Origin: an uncultured Dehalococcoidia bacterium
GTDB taxonomy: Bacteria; Chloroflexota; Dehalococcoidia; Lucifugimonadales; UBA826
Assembly: GCA_964409595.1 (NCBI GenBank)
Contig: CAYPDR010000021.1
Coordinates: 11,336 to 75,335 of the forward strand
Direction of reading: 5' to 3'
DNA length: 64,000 nt
The notes below the pieces were generated by a model. The model was not told where the DNA came from. It was given only the letters and a program-made list of their open reading frames with translations, and searched no databases. Every line of letters begins with the position of its first letter. Position 1 is the first letter of the stretch. Below, in pieces: positions 40,727 through 51,173 of the stretch. The translations under genes were made by a program, and so were the position numbers.

Positions 40727-41275
40727 GTGACAGCTGACAAAGAAAAAAATCTGGTATGGATAGACTTAGAAATGACAGGCCTTGATGATGAACACGTAAT
40801 AATAGAGATCGCCTCACTGGTAACAGATTCTCATTTGAATGAGTTAGGGGAAGGTCCGGTTATAGCAGTCAATAGAACCAAAGCAGAAATGGATGGGATA
40901 AACGAATGGTCCCTTGAACAACACACGAAGTCAGGACTTCTAAAGAGATGCCTAGCATCTTCAATTGACATAATTTCTGCCGAAAAACAAACCCTCGAAT
41001 TTTTGGAATCCTTGACACTGCCAGGGAAGTCCCCGATCTGTGGAAATTCCATAGCAACAGACAGAAGATTCATTCGCAAGGAAATGCCTTTACTGGACAA
41101 ATATCTGCACTACCGCATGATTGATGTCTCCACAGTGAAGGAGGTTGTTGAACGCTGGTATCCAGACTTCGAACCTCCACCAAAAAAGGGACAACACTTA
41201 GCGTTAGTTGACATCAGGGAAAGCATCTCAGAATTACAATGGTACAAAGACCACGTATTTAAGAAAATAATGTAG
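40727..41275 (+). CDS. orn: Oligoribonuclease
   Basis: LVWIDLEMTGL, HTKSGL, PICGNSIATDRRF, HYRMIDVST, HLALVDIRESI. Confidence 0.92.
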   Translation: MTADKEKNLVWIDLEMTGLDDEHVIIEIASLVTDSHLNELGEGPVIAVNRTKAEMDGINEWSLEQHTKSGLLKRCLASSIDIISAEKQTLEFLESLTLPGKSPICGNSIATDRRFIRKEMPLLDKYLHYRMIDVSTVKEVVERWYPDFEPPPKKGQHLALVDIRESISELQWYKDHVFKKIM

Positions 41276-41279
41276 AAAC

Positions 41280-42698
41280 ATGATAAATAAAGAGGATTCA
41301 ACAACCGTAATCGGGAACCTATGGAAATTTAGCAACCTTGAAGACGCTTGTCTGGACAGGATCTCTCTTACCGGCTCTGAACCTGTTTTGCCTTCAGTAT
41401 ACAAAACAGGGGTGGCGGCCCAAACAACTATCGCGGTAGCGGCGGCAGCAGCGGCAAAAATCTGGGAATCACGAACCGCAGAGATACAGAACGTTTCAGT
41501 CGATATGAAACATGCGGCGATAGCATTTAGAAGCGAAAGATACTTACAATACGAGAATTCCGATTACCGAACAGACTCCCATTCTGGAATAAAAAAACAT
41601 CCCGAATCGATACATGGCTTTTATATTTGTGGGGACGGAGGTTGGCTCCAAATCCACGCTAATTACCCTGCCCATAGAAGCGGAGTAATAAAAGCGTTAG
41701 ACTGTGAGGCTTCCGCAGACGGCGTCCAAAAAATTTTAAAGAACATGAAAACACTTGAGGCGGAGAAATATCTGAGCGACAAGGGCCTACCGGTCGGAAT
41801 GATGAGAACCCTAGACGAATGGAGAACTCATCCCCAAGGAATGGCCGTATCTAATCTACCTGTCATGGAAATAAGGAGAATCGGGGATGCGAAAGAACTT
41901 AATTTCACAACTAACCCCCTTAGACCACTCGAAGGTGTAAGAGTACTGGAACTCACAAAAGTGCTAGCCGGACCTTCAATGGGTAGAACTCTCGCCGAAC
42001 ATGGGGCCAACATATTATGGATTAATGATCCTAATCTGGACGTTATAGACGGTCTTGTCATAGACATGTCAAGAGGCAAGCGTCCAGCTCACCTTGACCT
42101 CAACGAAAAAAATGACAGAAGAAAATTCGTTGATTTAGCCAAAACTACTGATATATTTATCCAGGGCTACCGACCAGGTAGCATTGCAGCCAAAGGTTTC
42201 TCCCCAGAAACTATGGCCGAGATCAGACCTGGAATAATATGCGTAGAACTCTCAGCGTTTAGTCATCTAGGACCATGGGCAAGTAAACGGGGTTTCGACA
42301 GTATTGTTCAAACAGTTAGTGGTATTGGCAGAGAAGGTGGAAAAGCTGCAAATATAGAAGGCATGATACATATGCCATGCCAAACATTAGACCATGCTAC
42401 CGGGTATTTAGGTGCGTTTGGGGCGATGACTGCGTTATTGAGACAGAGAAGCGAAGGGGGAAGCTGGCTTGTTAGAGTATCCTTGGCCCAGACAAGCCAG
42501 TGGCTCAAGTCGCTTGGAAGACTTGATAAGGTTGATGCCAAAGACATCCCTGACAGTGAAGTAATCAATTACCTACAGGAAACTAGCTCTCCATACGGTA
42601 AAGTTTCCTTCACCAAGCCAGCCGCGCAACTATCTGAAACTCCTGCCTATTGGTCTTTACCTCCATCACCATTTGGCACATTTGAGCCAAAGTGGTAG
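41280..42698 (+). CDS. Family III (CaiB/BaiF) CoA transferase, long form
   Basis: LEGVRVLELTKVLAGP, LAEHGA, RGKR, QGYRPG, RGFDSIVQ, LDHATGY. Confidence 0.85.
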   Translation: MINKEDSTTVIGNLWKFSNLEDACLDRISLTGSEPVLPSVYKTGVAAQTTIAVAAAAAAKIWESRTAEIQNVSVDMKHAAIAFRSERYLQYENSDYRTDSHSGIKKHPESIHGFYICGDGGWLQIHANYPAHRSGVIKALDCEASADGVQKILKNMKTLEAEKYLSDKGLPVGMMRTLDEWRTHPQGMAVSNLPVMEIRRIGDAKELNFTTNPLRPLEGVRVLELTKVLAGPSMGRTLAEHGANILWINDPNLDVIDGLVIDMSRGKRPAHLDLNEKNDRRKFVDLAKTTDIFIQGYRPGSIAAKGFSPETMAEIRPGIICVELSAFSHLGPWASKRGFDSIVQTVSGIGREGGKAANIEGMIHMPCQTLDHATGYLGAFGAMTALLRQRSEGGSWLVRVSLAQTSQWLKSLGRLDKVDAKDIPDSEVINYLQETSSPYGKVSFTKPAAQLSETPAYWSLPPSPFGTFEPKW

Positions 42699-42786
42699 CG
42701 ATGGTGGTTAGCATAAAACTAAAACTGAGATTAACTGTTAATATCACTTATCTTCATTCTCGATTGCCAGAAGGTAACTAACCCAT

Positions 42787-44475
42787 ATGAATAAAGATTC
42801 AGACGCTCCGGAAGACTTCATCAGAGATATTATCAAAGAAGATCTCAAGTCAGGAAAATACGCATCGATCGTAACGCGGTTTCCCCCTGAACCAAACGGG
42901 TTTTTACATATAGGGCACGCCGCTTCTATTTGCCTGAATTTCGGCGTAGCTGCTGAGAATGAGGGAAGTAAATGTAATCTTAGATTTGACGATACGAATC
43001 CGTCTAGAGAAAATCAGGATTTCATCGATTCGATCAAGAAGGACATAGAATGGCTGGGATTCAAATGGGCCGGGGAAATCCTATACGCCTCAGACTATTT
43101 TGATCAATTGTATGAGTTCGCCATACAACTTGTCACAGATGGAAAAGCATACGTCGATAGCCGATCACAAGAACAAATCAGAGATACTAGGGGGACACTT
43201 ACACAGCCGGGTCAAAACAGCCCACACAGAAACAGAGCACCTGAAGAAAATTTGAATCTTCTTGAAAAAATGCGTGAAGGAGTTTTTGAAGAAGGGTCTC
43301 ACGTACTCCGAGCAAAAATCGATATGACTTCCCCAAATCTGAACATGCGGGATCCTGTTATGTACAGAATCCTCAAATCACCGCACCACCAAACAGGATC
43401 CAAATGGCCTATATATCCTATGTATGACTTTGCCCATGGCCTTTCAGATGCGATTGAGGGGGTTACTCATTCTTTATGCACCATGGAATATGAGGATCAT
43501 CGCCCTCTCTACAACTGGTTCCTAGAGCAGTTAGGCACATTTCGGTCGAGACAGATTGAATTTGGGAAAGTTTTCCTCAGCCATACCATACTCAGCAAAC
43601 GTAACCTACTCCGTCTAGTTGAATCAGGCCATGTTAGCGGATGGGACGATCCTAGAATGCCTACTCTTTCTGGAATGAGAAGGCTCGGATACACACCAGA
43701 GTCCATCCGGGACTTTTGTAGTAGGGTGAGTATTACTCGAAGGTGGAATATCGCTGATATTGCACTTTTAGAGCACTGCCTACGAGAAAATTTGAACAAG
43801 CGGGTGGAACGTAGAATGGCGGTTCTAAGGCCCCTGAGGGTAATTATAGAGAACTACCCTGAAGGAGAAACTGATTACCTCCCTGCCGTCAACAACCCTC
43901 AAAACGAATCAGACGGGTTTCGAAATATCCCTTTTTCACGAGAACTCCTTATCGAACGTGACGACTTCATGGAGGATCCCCCCAACAAATTTTTCAGGCT
44001 TGCACCCGGAAGAGAGGTAAGGCTTAGGTACGGATTTTTCATCAAATGTGTAGGTGTAACCAAAGATTTGGAAAGTGGGGAGATTTCAGAAATACGGTGC
44101 ACTTACGACCCGGCTACCCGAGGTGGAACCGCCTCTGACGGAAGAAAAGTTAGGGCAACGATACATTGGGTCAGCGAAAAGCATGCCATTTCATCTGAAG
44201 TGAGACTCTACGATCGCCTTTGTTCCGACCCAAATCCTGAAATCTCCGCAGACAAGACTCTTGATTCTGTACTGAATTCGAGTTCGCTTGAAATAATACA
44301 TGAGGCAATGATAGAACCGTCCCTTTCCGAAGCCCAGCCGGGAGAAAAATTCCAGTTCGAGAGGCTTGGCTATTTTTGCGCGGACTCTACGGATTCGAGG
44401 CCTGGAATCCCCGTATTTAACCGAACAGTCTCTCTAAGAGATACATGGGCAAGAGTACAAAAATCCCAAAGGTGA
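42787..44475 (+). CDS. glnS: Glutaminyl-tRNA synthetase
   Basis: [53 protein letters not shown]. Confidence 0.95.
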   Translation: MNKDSDAPEDFIRDIIKEDLKSGKYASIVTRFPPEPNGFLHIGHAASICLNFGVAAENEGSKCNLRFDDTNPSRENQDFIDSIKKDIEWLGFKWAGEILYASDYFDQLYEFAIQLVTDGKAYVDSRSQEQIRDTRGTLTQPGQNSPHRNRAPEENLNLLEKMREGVFEEGSHVLRAKIDMTSPNLNMRDPVMYRILKSPHHQTGSKWPIYPMYDFAHGLSDAIEGVTHSLCTMEYEDHRPLYNWFLEQLGTFRSRQIEFGKVFLSHTILSKRNLLRLVESGHVSGWDDPRMPTLSGMRRLGYTPESIRDFCSRVSITRRWNIADIALLEHCLRENLNKRVERRMAVLRPLRVIIENYPEGETDYLPAVNNPQNESDGFRNIPFSRELLIERDDFMEDPPNKFFRLAPGREVRLRYGFFIKCVGVTKDLESGEISEIRCTYDPATRGGTASDGRKVRATIHWVSEKHAISSEVRLYDRLCSDPNPEISADKTLDSVLNSSSLEIIHEAMIEPSLSEAQPGEKFQFERLGYFCADSTDSRPGIPVFNRTVSLRDTWARVQKSQR

Positions 44476-44482
44476 AAAGCGG

Positions 44483-45784
44483 CTAGGTCCTTTCATGTGG
44501 GATTTTCGAACTAGGTTTCTTTGCCAACAAAAATCCTAAACTTCCGGCGATCGCTATTGAAGAGAGAGTATAAAATGCCATGTCATAACTGCCTTGCAGG
44601 TCATACATTTTCGCTGCAACGAGTGGCCCTATCATCATCATCATTGACATGGGAAGCATAGACAGACCCAGCACTTTTCCAAACGCCTTTCTTCCAAAAT
44701 ATTCCCCCCGAATAGCTGTACCTAATGGGATTCTCGCCCCGAAGCCAAGTCCATAGGTAATAATAAATATTGGTGAAAGATATACCGAAGTAACAAAGGT
44801 AGCAAAAATCGTTCCGACAGCTTGAATGCATCCAAAAAAACAAAGCGCGATATTCTTTCGCACCCTATCTCCTAGCCACCCACCAAGAATCTGAGCAGCC
44901 CCAGAGAACCCCATAGTCGCCCCCCAAATCCAAGCTCCCGTTTGTACTGGAATTCCTTGATCCTTGAGAGCTAGAATCATGTGAACCATCATCGTACCAA
45001 TGAGCAATGTAGAGCACGCGTGGCAAACCGAAAGTATCCAAAAGGCTGGCATTTTTAGAACTTCCCAAATGGAATAATCCTCATGCAATTTTCCGCCAAC
45101 ACTACCCGTCAATTTTATCGGGTTGTCCTCGATCATAATCCCATCAGGCAGCTGTCCGAATTCCTCTGGAGAGTTCCGTATTGCACGGGTAACAGGAAAA
45201 GCGATGACCAGAAAGAAGAGCCCTAGGCATAGCGATGTTGTCTGCCACCCTACATGATCTGGAACTACCAACCACGCCAAAGCCGGTACTAATAGAAAGC
45301 TCCCAAGCGAGAATCCGATTCCCCCTACACCCATCGCCATACTGCGTTTTTTGTCAAACCAGTTATTAATAACTGTCATCATCGGGAGCCAGCCGCCTCC
45401 TGCCGCGCCAAGCATGATGATCCCGTAGGCGAGATAAAACATCCGGAGGCTGTCGGTCTGGGCCAAAACCAGAAATCCAACACCAATAATTGAAACTCCC
45501 AGCAACACCACAACCCTAGGTCCAACCCTATCCACTAAAATCCCAACCACCGGGCCTATTACACTACCTTCAAGCTGGCCAATAGAAAACGCTAGCGAAA
45601 GCTGAGTACGACTCCATCCAAACTCATTCTCAAGGGCGTCAACCCATATACCAACCCCGCCAAAAGTGGGAGAGCCAGTCGACGCGTTTAAGAATAGCGT
45701 TATTATAACAATCCACCAACCATAAAAGATCGACCGTCGCCATGTGAAAATGGGTCTCCTTTGTGAGTCGCTTGGAAATTCCAT
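44483..45784 (-). CDS. MFS transporter (OFA/monocarboxylate-like)
   Basis: FYGWWIV, GWSRT, VDRVGPR, NNWFDKKR, EYFGRKAFG. Confidence 0.85.
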   Translation of the reverse strand: MEFPSDSQRRPIFTWRRSIFYGWWIVIITLFLNASTGSPTFGGVGIWVDALENEFGWSRTQLSLAFSIGQLEGSVIGPVVGILVDRVGPRVVVLLGVSIIGVGFLVLAQTDSLRMFYLAYGIIMLGAAGGGWLPMMTVINNWFDKKRSMAMGVGGIGFSLGSFLLVPALAWLVVPDHVGWQTTSLCLGLFFLVIAFPVTRAIRNSPEEFGQLPDGIMIEDNPIKLTGSVGGKLHEDYSIWEVLKMPAFWILSVCHACSTLLIGTMMVHMILALKDQGIPVQTGAWIWGATMGFSGAAQILGGWLGDRVRKNIALCFFGCIQAVGTIFATFVTSVYLSPIFIITYGLGFGARIPLGTAIRGEYFGRKAFGKVLGLSMLPMSMMMMIGPLVAAKMYDLQGSYDMAFYTLSSIAIAGSLGFLLAKKPSSKIPHERT

Positions 45785-46090
45785 CAGTTCAGAGAGGAAC
45801 CTTTATATCGGATTTCTAATGCCTGTCCCTGTGAATCCAACCAGACGATCCTCCATTATAGGAACATTTTAATTCATGAATATATAATCCGTAAATGATA
45901 CAACTAGCAAAATTCTTGTCGCTTCAAAAATTCTGGGGAAATAGGTCTAAAAGCAGAATAAATTGACGACATGGATATTTCTGTCGTATATACTTGCGCC
46001 ATTCAGTTCAAGAAGAACGTCAGGTAGCTAGTATGATACAAATGGCGCCTTTATATAGCTACAAAAATTCCAGAAAATGGGAGAGTAATC

Positions 46091-46609
46091 ATGGTGGAAC
46101 AGCAAACAGAAATATTAAGACCGGAAACACTCATAGAAGAATTTGAGAAAAACGGTGTAACTCACATAATTACGATTCCAGACAGTGAAACCAACTATCT
46201 GTATGAGTTGATGGAGAAACAAGAGTCACTGGATGTTGTACCCGTCTCACGGGAAGGTGAGTCAATGTCGGTTGCCCTTGGACTTAATGTCGCGGGGAAG
46301 GTCCCTGTTGTCCTAATTCAAAATACGGGTATGATGGAATCAGGAGATTCGATACGAGGAATGGCCCTAGACGCAGGCTTCCCACTATTGATGGTGGTTG
46401 GATATCGTGGGTGGACTCGCAAAGGCAACACTCCGGACACTGCTGCCACATACACTGAGCCTTTCTTGAATGCCTTCAGAATCAATTATTATCTTGTTGA
46501 ACATGACGCTGACGGCCCAAGGATCTCTGAAGCCTTTCAAGAGGCACGGAAAACAAAACGTCCCGTGGTAGTTTTAATTGGAGATGAATACCATGGGTTT
46601 AACAGGTAA
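46091..46609 (+). CDS. Sulfopyruvate/phosphonopyruvate decarboxylase-like alpha subunit (ComD-like)
   Basis: IPDSE, VSREGE, IQNTG, VGYRG, TEPFL. Confidence 0.75.
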   Translation: MVEQQTEILRPETLIEEFEKNGVTHIITIPDSETNYLYELMEKQESLDVVPVSREGESMSVALGLNVAGKVPVVLIQNTGMMESGDSIRGMALDAGFPLLMVVGYRGWTRKGNTPDTAATYTEPFLNAFRINYYLVEHDADGPRISEAFQEARKTKRPVVVLIGDEYHGFNR

Positions 46610-46655
46610 TTCAAACATCACGCTCACGCCCACAATTAACTGTAGGAGCACATAA

Positions 46656-47240
46656 ATGATCGAAGCTAAGAAAGTATTTGAGGCTTTTCAGGAGTATAGG
46701 GGAGACGCAGTAGTATCGGTGCAGGGAACATCAGGAAAGCATTGGTCGGACATCACTACCAACCAGAAAAGAGACATTTCCCTAGGCGGTGCAATGGGTC
46801 AATCAACTTCTGCTGTATTCGGACTAGCGTTGGGTCTTCCGGATCAGAAAGTTGTGCATTTTGATACCGAGGGTGCCCTTCTGATGAACTTGGGAGTCCT
46901 TGCATCGATCGCAGGCAAGCAACCCAAAAATTTTGTGCACTTTTTATTAGACAACGGATGCTATGCAACAACGGGGGGACAACCTGTCCCAAACTCGGAA
47001 GAAATAGACTACGCTGTCATGGCGGAAGGTTCGGGATATGCATCCACGTACAACTTCGACGATCTTGAAGAACTTTCTACGAGCTTAAGTGAAATAATGA
47101 GCCAAGATGGTCCGACATTTGTGGCTATCAAAGTGCATCCTGAAGTCGAAAACCTCCCAATAGGAATGAGAGAACGACGTCAAACAAGAAGCAGATCCCA
47201 GACAATTTCAGACTTGAGAGAAGAACTCAAAATTACCTAG
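46656..47240 (+). CDS. Sulfopyruvate/phosphonopyruvate decarboxylase-like beta subunit (ComE-like, TPP-binding)
   Basis: GGAMG, ALGLP, DTEGALLMNL, LDNGCYATTGGQP. Confidence 0.75.
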   Translation: MIEAKKVFEAFQEYRGDAVVSVQGTSGKHWSDITTNQKRDISLGGAMGQSTSAVFGLALGLPDQKVVHFDTEGALLMNLGVLASIAGKQPKNFVHFLLDNGCYATTGGQPVPNSEEIDYAVMAEGSGYASTYNFDDLEELSTSLSEIMSQDGPTFVAIKVHPEVENLPIGMRERRQTRSRSQTISDLREELKIT

Positions 47241-47607
47241 CTCTGTAATTGGGGTCGTCTAGAGGGACTCTAAGCCACGATATTATTTCTCTGACCGCAT
47301 TGTAGGCGTGGAGGCGAGACTCGATTGTGTCTGCCTCTTCGGCCTCTTCAAAAATCGATGACATCTTCTCCACCATATCTGGACCCGTCTCTAAAAGAGC
47401 GTCGCTACCCGAAGCAGCCCATTTGCACAATACGTAGCGAATAACTGCACCAGCCGGTATATTCAAATTTGTACTGAGTCGCCTAACCGTAGGCATTGGA
47501 TCATCATTGGTGTACAGGGCAACGTCACGTTTGAAGTTTGCATCTTTGTCTTCTGGGTCATCAACCCAGACAAATCTTTCCAACGTCACAGTAGGCGGAC
47601 ATTTCAT
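47233..47607 (-). CDS. Conserved hypothetical protein (tentatively DUF6027-like)
   Basis: 124-aa ORF starting 3 nt after the stop of 47611-49083. DxDANFK...RYVLxKWAxSGS pattern recalled from DUF6027 (unverified). Confidence 0.6.
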   Translation of the reverse strand: MKCPPTVTLERFVWVDDPEDKDANFKRDVALYTNDDPMPTVRRLSTNLNIPAGAVIRYVLCKWAASGSDALLETGPDMVEKMSSIFEEAEEADTIESRLHAYNAVREIISWLRVPLDDPNYRAR

Positions 47608-47610
47608 AAT

Positions 47611-49083
47611 CTATTCACCTCGCAATTCATGTCTGGAATTACCTTCGTCTAGGTAAATCGAGTTACCTATATTAGAAACAACAATTCTCTGGGAATATAG
47701 CCCCAGGTCAGACATCGTAGAAGCTTTATGTTCGGTAGTATTTGAAAGAACTTCTGGATCGGAACCCACAAACGACTCTCTAAGTACTCGGCCTGTTATT
47801 GAATCGGGTGGAGGAACATCTAAAAGCTCGAGAATAGTTGGCATTATGTCAATGTTACCGCTCGGGGAAAGTATTCGCTCGCCTCCTCTGAAGCGTGTGC
47901 CCTGACAAATTAGAGTGTTGTTCATCTCATGCCTACTCATGGAACCGTGTTGTCCGAGTCCGGACTCTCCTCCAGTGGAATAAACTTTACCCATATATCC
48001 TTCTGCATTACGTTCAGAGTTCCACTTGAAAGAGATTGTGAGATCGGGGCATCTGGGCCCATCGTACGATACAGCTGAAGAGGGTATCGTTCCTTCTATA
48101 TCTCCCAACCTTTCCGATGCTAAAATCGTGCCACACCACTCTCGACTGACAAGCCAGTCTACTACCTGGACTGCTATATCTCGATCTGAGTCAGATATAT
48201 ACAGAAGAGCACTTCCACCATTCTGAGCGATAAGTATTTTCCGAGCTGTTAATGCAGCCTCTAATTCTGAATTCCGCAATTCTTCCTCAATGTTAATTGG
48301 TTTTATGATAGTGGAATATCCGTGATCTGAAAGTATCAAGACCTGACAATCTCGGAGTTTCTGGGAAACCTGAAGACGCTCCACTAACCTTCCAAACTGT
48401 GAATCTGCCTCGTGCAATGCCCGTTGTGATTCAGGAGCGCCCACACCATAGGCATGTTGCGATTTGTCAGGTTCGGACGACCATATTAGAGCTACGTCAG
48501 GATCACGTTCCTCTAAGACATAGTTCAAAAATATATTCATGGCATGCTCATATCGTGGCGTGTTGGGTATCACTTGAGCAGGCCACTTCCCATACTTTTT
48601 ATCTAATTCCAAGTAGACTTTAGATGGAATGGAAAATTCAGGATGTATTGTCGCCCCGCCAACCTGTTCACCTCGAGGATTGTGAACATAGGCGTTGCCG
48701 CTCGTCCCGACCCCAATAGCAACGTATTCCATACCCACTGTATTCAAAACTTCTTGCAGAGTCTGAGTGTGAAGGATAGGAACGCCAGAAGCAGCAATCT
48801 CAGCAAGCTCTGGTTCCATCGCAGATATTACCCTCGACGAGTCAAAGTCCCGAGCTACAAGCATATTTCCCGGCAGGCCGTGGACGTCCGGACCAACACC
48901 GGTAACCATAGTAGCCGCATTAATTCTGGTGACAGATGGAAATACAGGATGATGATTTTCAAAAAAGCATCCTTCTTCAGAAATACCATAAATATTGGGA
49001 GTAACGGATTGATCTATTTGAGTAGGCTGCAACCCATCAAAAACTGCAATTATTATCTTAGTCAAATTAACTAAATCCTCCAC
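47611..49083 (-). CDS. Alkaline phosphatase superfamily protein (NPP/phosphonoacetate hydrolase-like)
   Basis: FDGL, FPSVTRIN (Thr nucleophile), EPDKSQH, LSDHG, GQHG, DIMPT. Confidence 0.82.
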   Translation of the reverse strand: MEDLVNLTKIIIAVFDGLQPTQIDQSVTPNIYGISEEGCFFENHHPVFPSVTRINAATMVTGVGPDVHGLPGNMLVARDFDSSRVISAMEPELAEIAASGVPILHTQTLQEVLNTVGMEYVAIGVGTSGNAYVHNPRGEQVGGATIHPEFSIPSKVYLELDKKYGKWPAQVIPNTPRYEHAMNIFLNYVLEERDPDVALIWSSEPDKSQHAYGVGAPESQRALHEADSQFGRLVERLQVSQKLRDCQVLILSDHGYSTIIKPINIEEELRNSELEAALTARKILIAQNGGSALLYISDSDRDIAVQVVDWLVSREWCGTILASERLGDIEGTIPSSAVSYDGPRCPDLTISFKWNSERNAEGYMGKVYSTGGESGLGQHGSMSRHEMNNTLICQGTRFRGGERILSPSGNIDIMPTILELLDVPPPDSITGRVLRESFVGSDPEVLSNTTEHKASTMSDLGLYSQRIVVSNIGNSIYLDEGNSRHELRGE

Positions 49084-49244
49084 CTAAAGCGGTCATCACT
49101 CTATCCACATACCCACAAATTTCACTCTAACATCATTTTTCATCAAATACACCGGGCTAAGTAGAACGGCAACAGTACCGCTCTGCTAAACTTGTCACCT
49201 TGACGCTGATCTTGATTTGATTTTAGTGATTTGGAGACCTATTC

Positions 49245-50105
49245 ATGCTAGACAGTGAAAAAAGGATAGTCATTAGAAATATACTTGAAGGAGATACCTG
49301 CGTTTTCCCGGGGTCAGTCTACGACTCTATTTCTGCAAGAATAGCTACTGAACTGGGTTTCGAAATCGGGATGTTTGCAGGCTCTATTGGGTCCGCGGTG
49401 GTCTTAGGGGCTCCTGACTATATTGTCCTCACGCTCACAGAGTTTGCGGAACAGGCAAAACGTATATGCAGAAATACTGAACTACCTTTGTTAGTTGATG
49501 CTGACCACGGTTACGGTAATGCGTTAAACGTGAGGCGGACAGTAGAAGAACTTGAAAATTCTGGAGTTGCCGGACTCACTATAGAAGACACGCTCCTACC
49601 GAGGCAACATCGTACGAAAAATGTAGCCATGATCTCTTTGGAGGAAGGTGTGGGTAAGATGAAAGCAGCGATATCAGGAAGAAGGGACTCCTCTTTAGTA
49701 ATAGCTGGAAGAACAAGCGCCTTTCAACTGTCAAGTACTGAAGATGCCGTACGAAGAGCAGAAGCTTATGAAGAAATAGGGGTCGACGCTATGTTCTTTG
49801 CCGGGCTTTCGACCCGTGATCAACTAGAATCAATAAGACAATCAATTTCGATACCAATAATGCTCGGCAGCCTATCACAGGAATTGGAAGACCGTGACTA
49901 TCTCGGGTCCATGGGAGTCCGGGTAGCACTTCAAGGACATTTACCCTATATGGCCGGGGTTCAAGCGGTATATGACACTCTTAAATCTCTTCGAAGCGGC
50001 GCAAAACCATCGGAATTAGGTGGAACGGTAAAATATTCTGAAATCATTGAGCGAGTAACTCGAACAAAGCAATACGACCAGTGGATATCTGATTTCTTGG
50101 ATTGA
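49245..50105 (+). CDS. Isocitrate lyase/PEP mutase superfamily, oxaloacetate decarboxylase (PA4872)-like
   Basis: DADHGYGNALNV, LTIEDTLLP, EEGVGK. Lacks the KKCGH motif of ICL/PrpB and the EDKx5NS motif of PepM. Confidence 0.8.
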   Translation: MLDSEKRIVIRNILEGDTCVFPGSVYDSISARIATELGFEIGMFAGSIGSAVVLGAPDYIVLTLTEFAEQAKRICRNTELPLLVDADHGYGNALNVRRTVEELENSGVAGLTIEDTLLPRQHRTKNVAMISLEEGVGKMKAAISGRRDSSLVIAGRTSAFQLSSTEDAVRRAEAYEEIGVDAMFFAGLSTRDQLESIRQSISIPIMLGSLSQELEDRDYLGSMGVRVALQGHLPYMAGVQAVYDTLKSLRSGAKPSELGGTVKYSEIIERVTRTKQYDQWISDFLD

Positions 50106-50117
50106 ATTTGAATTTCG

Positions 50118-51173
50118 TCATCTAATTAATGGCATTACCTTTTTTTCAAAAAGTGCCATCGATTGTATGATTTCGGGTTGACTTAGGCCTCCCATGGCGA
50201 AGTTACAGCCAAAGTAAGATATTCCCTTGTCTTTCAACCTCAATATTTTATCCGCGACAGATTCAGGACTACCAATAAATGCCCTGTTTTCCCGTATGTA
50301 TTCAAAGCTAGGGGGCAATTCGTTTCTACTCACCCGCCAATTATCAATCGGCTGATCCACTTCAGTCTTGTCTGATAAGTGGTGCTTCCATTGCATTATA
50401 TCTTGAATCCAATCGATGTGACTCTTCGTATTTTCTTCAGCTTTAATCTCAGTATCAGCTACATGTACATATCGGAAAAATGGGACTTCATCCATATTAT
50501 CTAGACGACCCGACAAGCGACATTTTTCCCTATATGTAGAAACTAGATTTAACGCCAGCTCGGTATCTTGAACTACAGCAATACACAATAAGAATCCGTT
50601 AGTCACCAAGAATTCCAACGTATCTGGCGAGCGTGTGGCTGCTATGTACACAGGAGGATGAGGTACTTGTATAGGGGAGGGCACCAAGTCTATATTCTTT
50701 AGAACGTGGAAGTTTCCGGAAAGTGATACTGGCCGATTAACCCACAGGTCACAAACAGTTAAAACAGTTTCTTGAAACCTCTCCTGGCTTTCTTCATCTG
50801 GTATGTTAAAACCACTGTACTCATATCCGTAGACTCCTCTGCCAAATCCCACATCGAGCCTGCCCCTACTCAACACGTCTACCGTCGCAGTATCTTCAGC
50901 TATCCTAATGGGATTATGCAGATTCGGTACAATAACACCGGTGCCGAGTCTAATAGACCGTGTCGAAGCAGCCAAATGAGCAAGTATTACTGGTAACGAT
51001 GCACCCATGCTATATCTTGTGAAATGATGTTCGGCTAACCAAGCCGAGTGATATCCCATGGATTCTGCCAGCTGAACTTGCTTCACAGCATTATGAAAGA
51101 CCGAAGATTGATCTACCTCTTCTGGCCAGGAAAGATGTGTGAATAGTGCCAATTTCATGGGTCCCTCAATCAA
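50118..51173 (-). CDS. LLM class flavin-dependent oxidoreductase
   Basis: WLAEHHF, HNPIRIAEDTATVDVLSRGRLDVGFGRG. Confidence 0.88.
   Translation of the reverse strand: MIEGPMKLALFTHLSWPEEVDQSSVFHNAVKQVQLAESMGYHSAWLAEHHFTRYSMGASLPVILAHLAASTRSIRLGTGVIVPNLHNPIRIAEDTATVDVLSRGRLDVGFGRGVYGYEYSGFNIPDEESQERFQETVLTVCDLWVNRPVSLSGNFHVLKNIDLVPSPIQVPHPPVYIAATRSPDTLEFLVTNGFLLCIAVVQDTELALNLVSTYREKCRLSGRLDNMDEVPFFRYVHVADTEIKAEENTKSHIDWIQDIMQWKHHLSDKTEVDQPIDNWRVSRNELPPSFEYIRENRAFIGSPESVADKILRLKDKGISYFGCNFAMGGLSQPEIIQSMALFEKKVMPLIR

Noticed and set aside
46091-50105. Phosphonate biosynthesis cluster (pepM + ppd)
   Set aside because: 49245-50105 has IEDTLLP, not the PepM EDKx5NS motif. It resembles oxaloacetate decarboxylase and is not co-transcribed with the decarboxylase.
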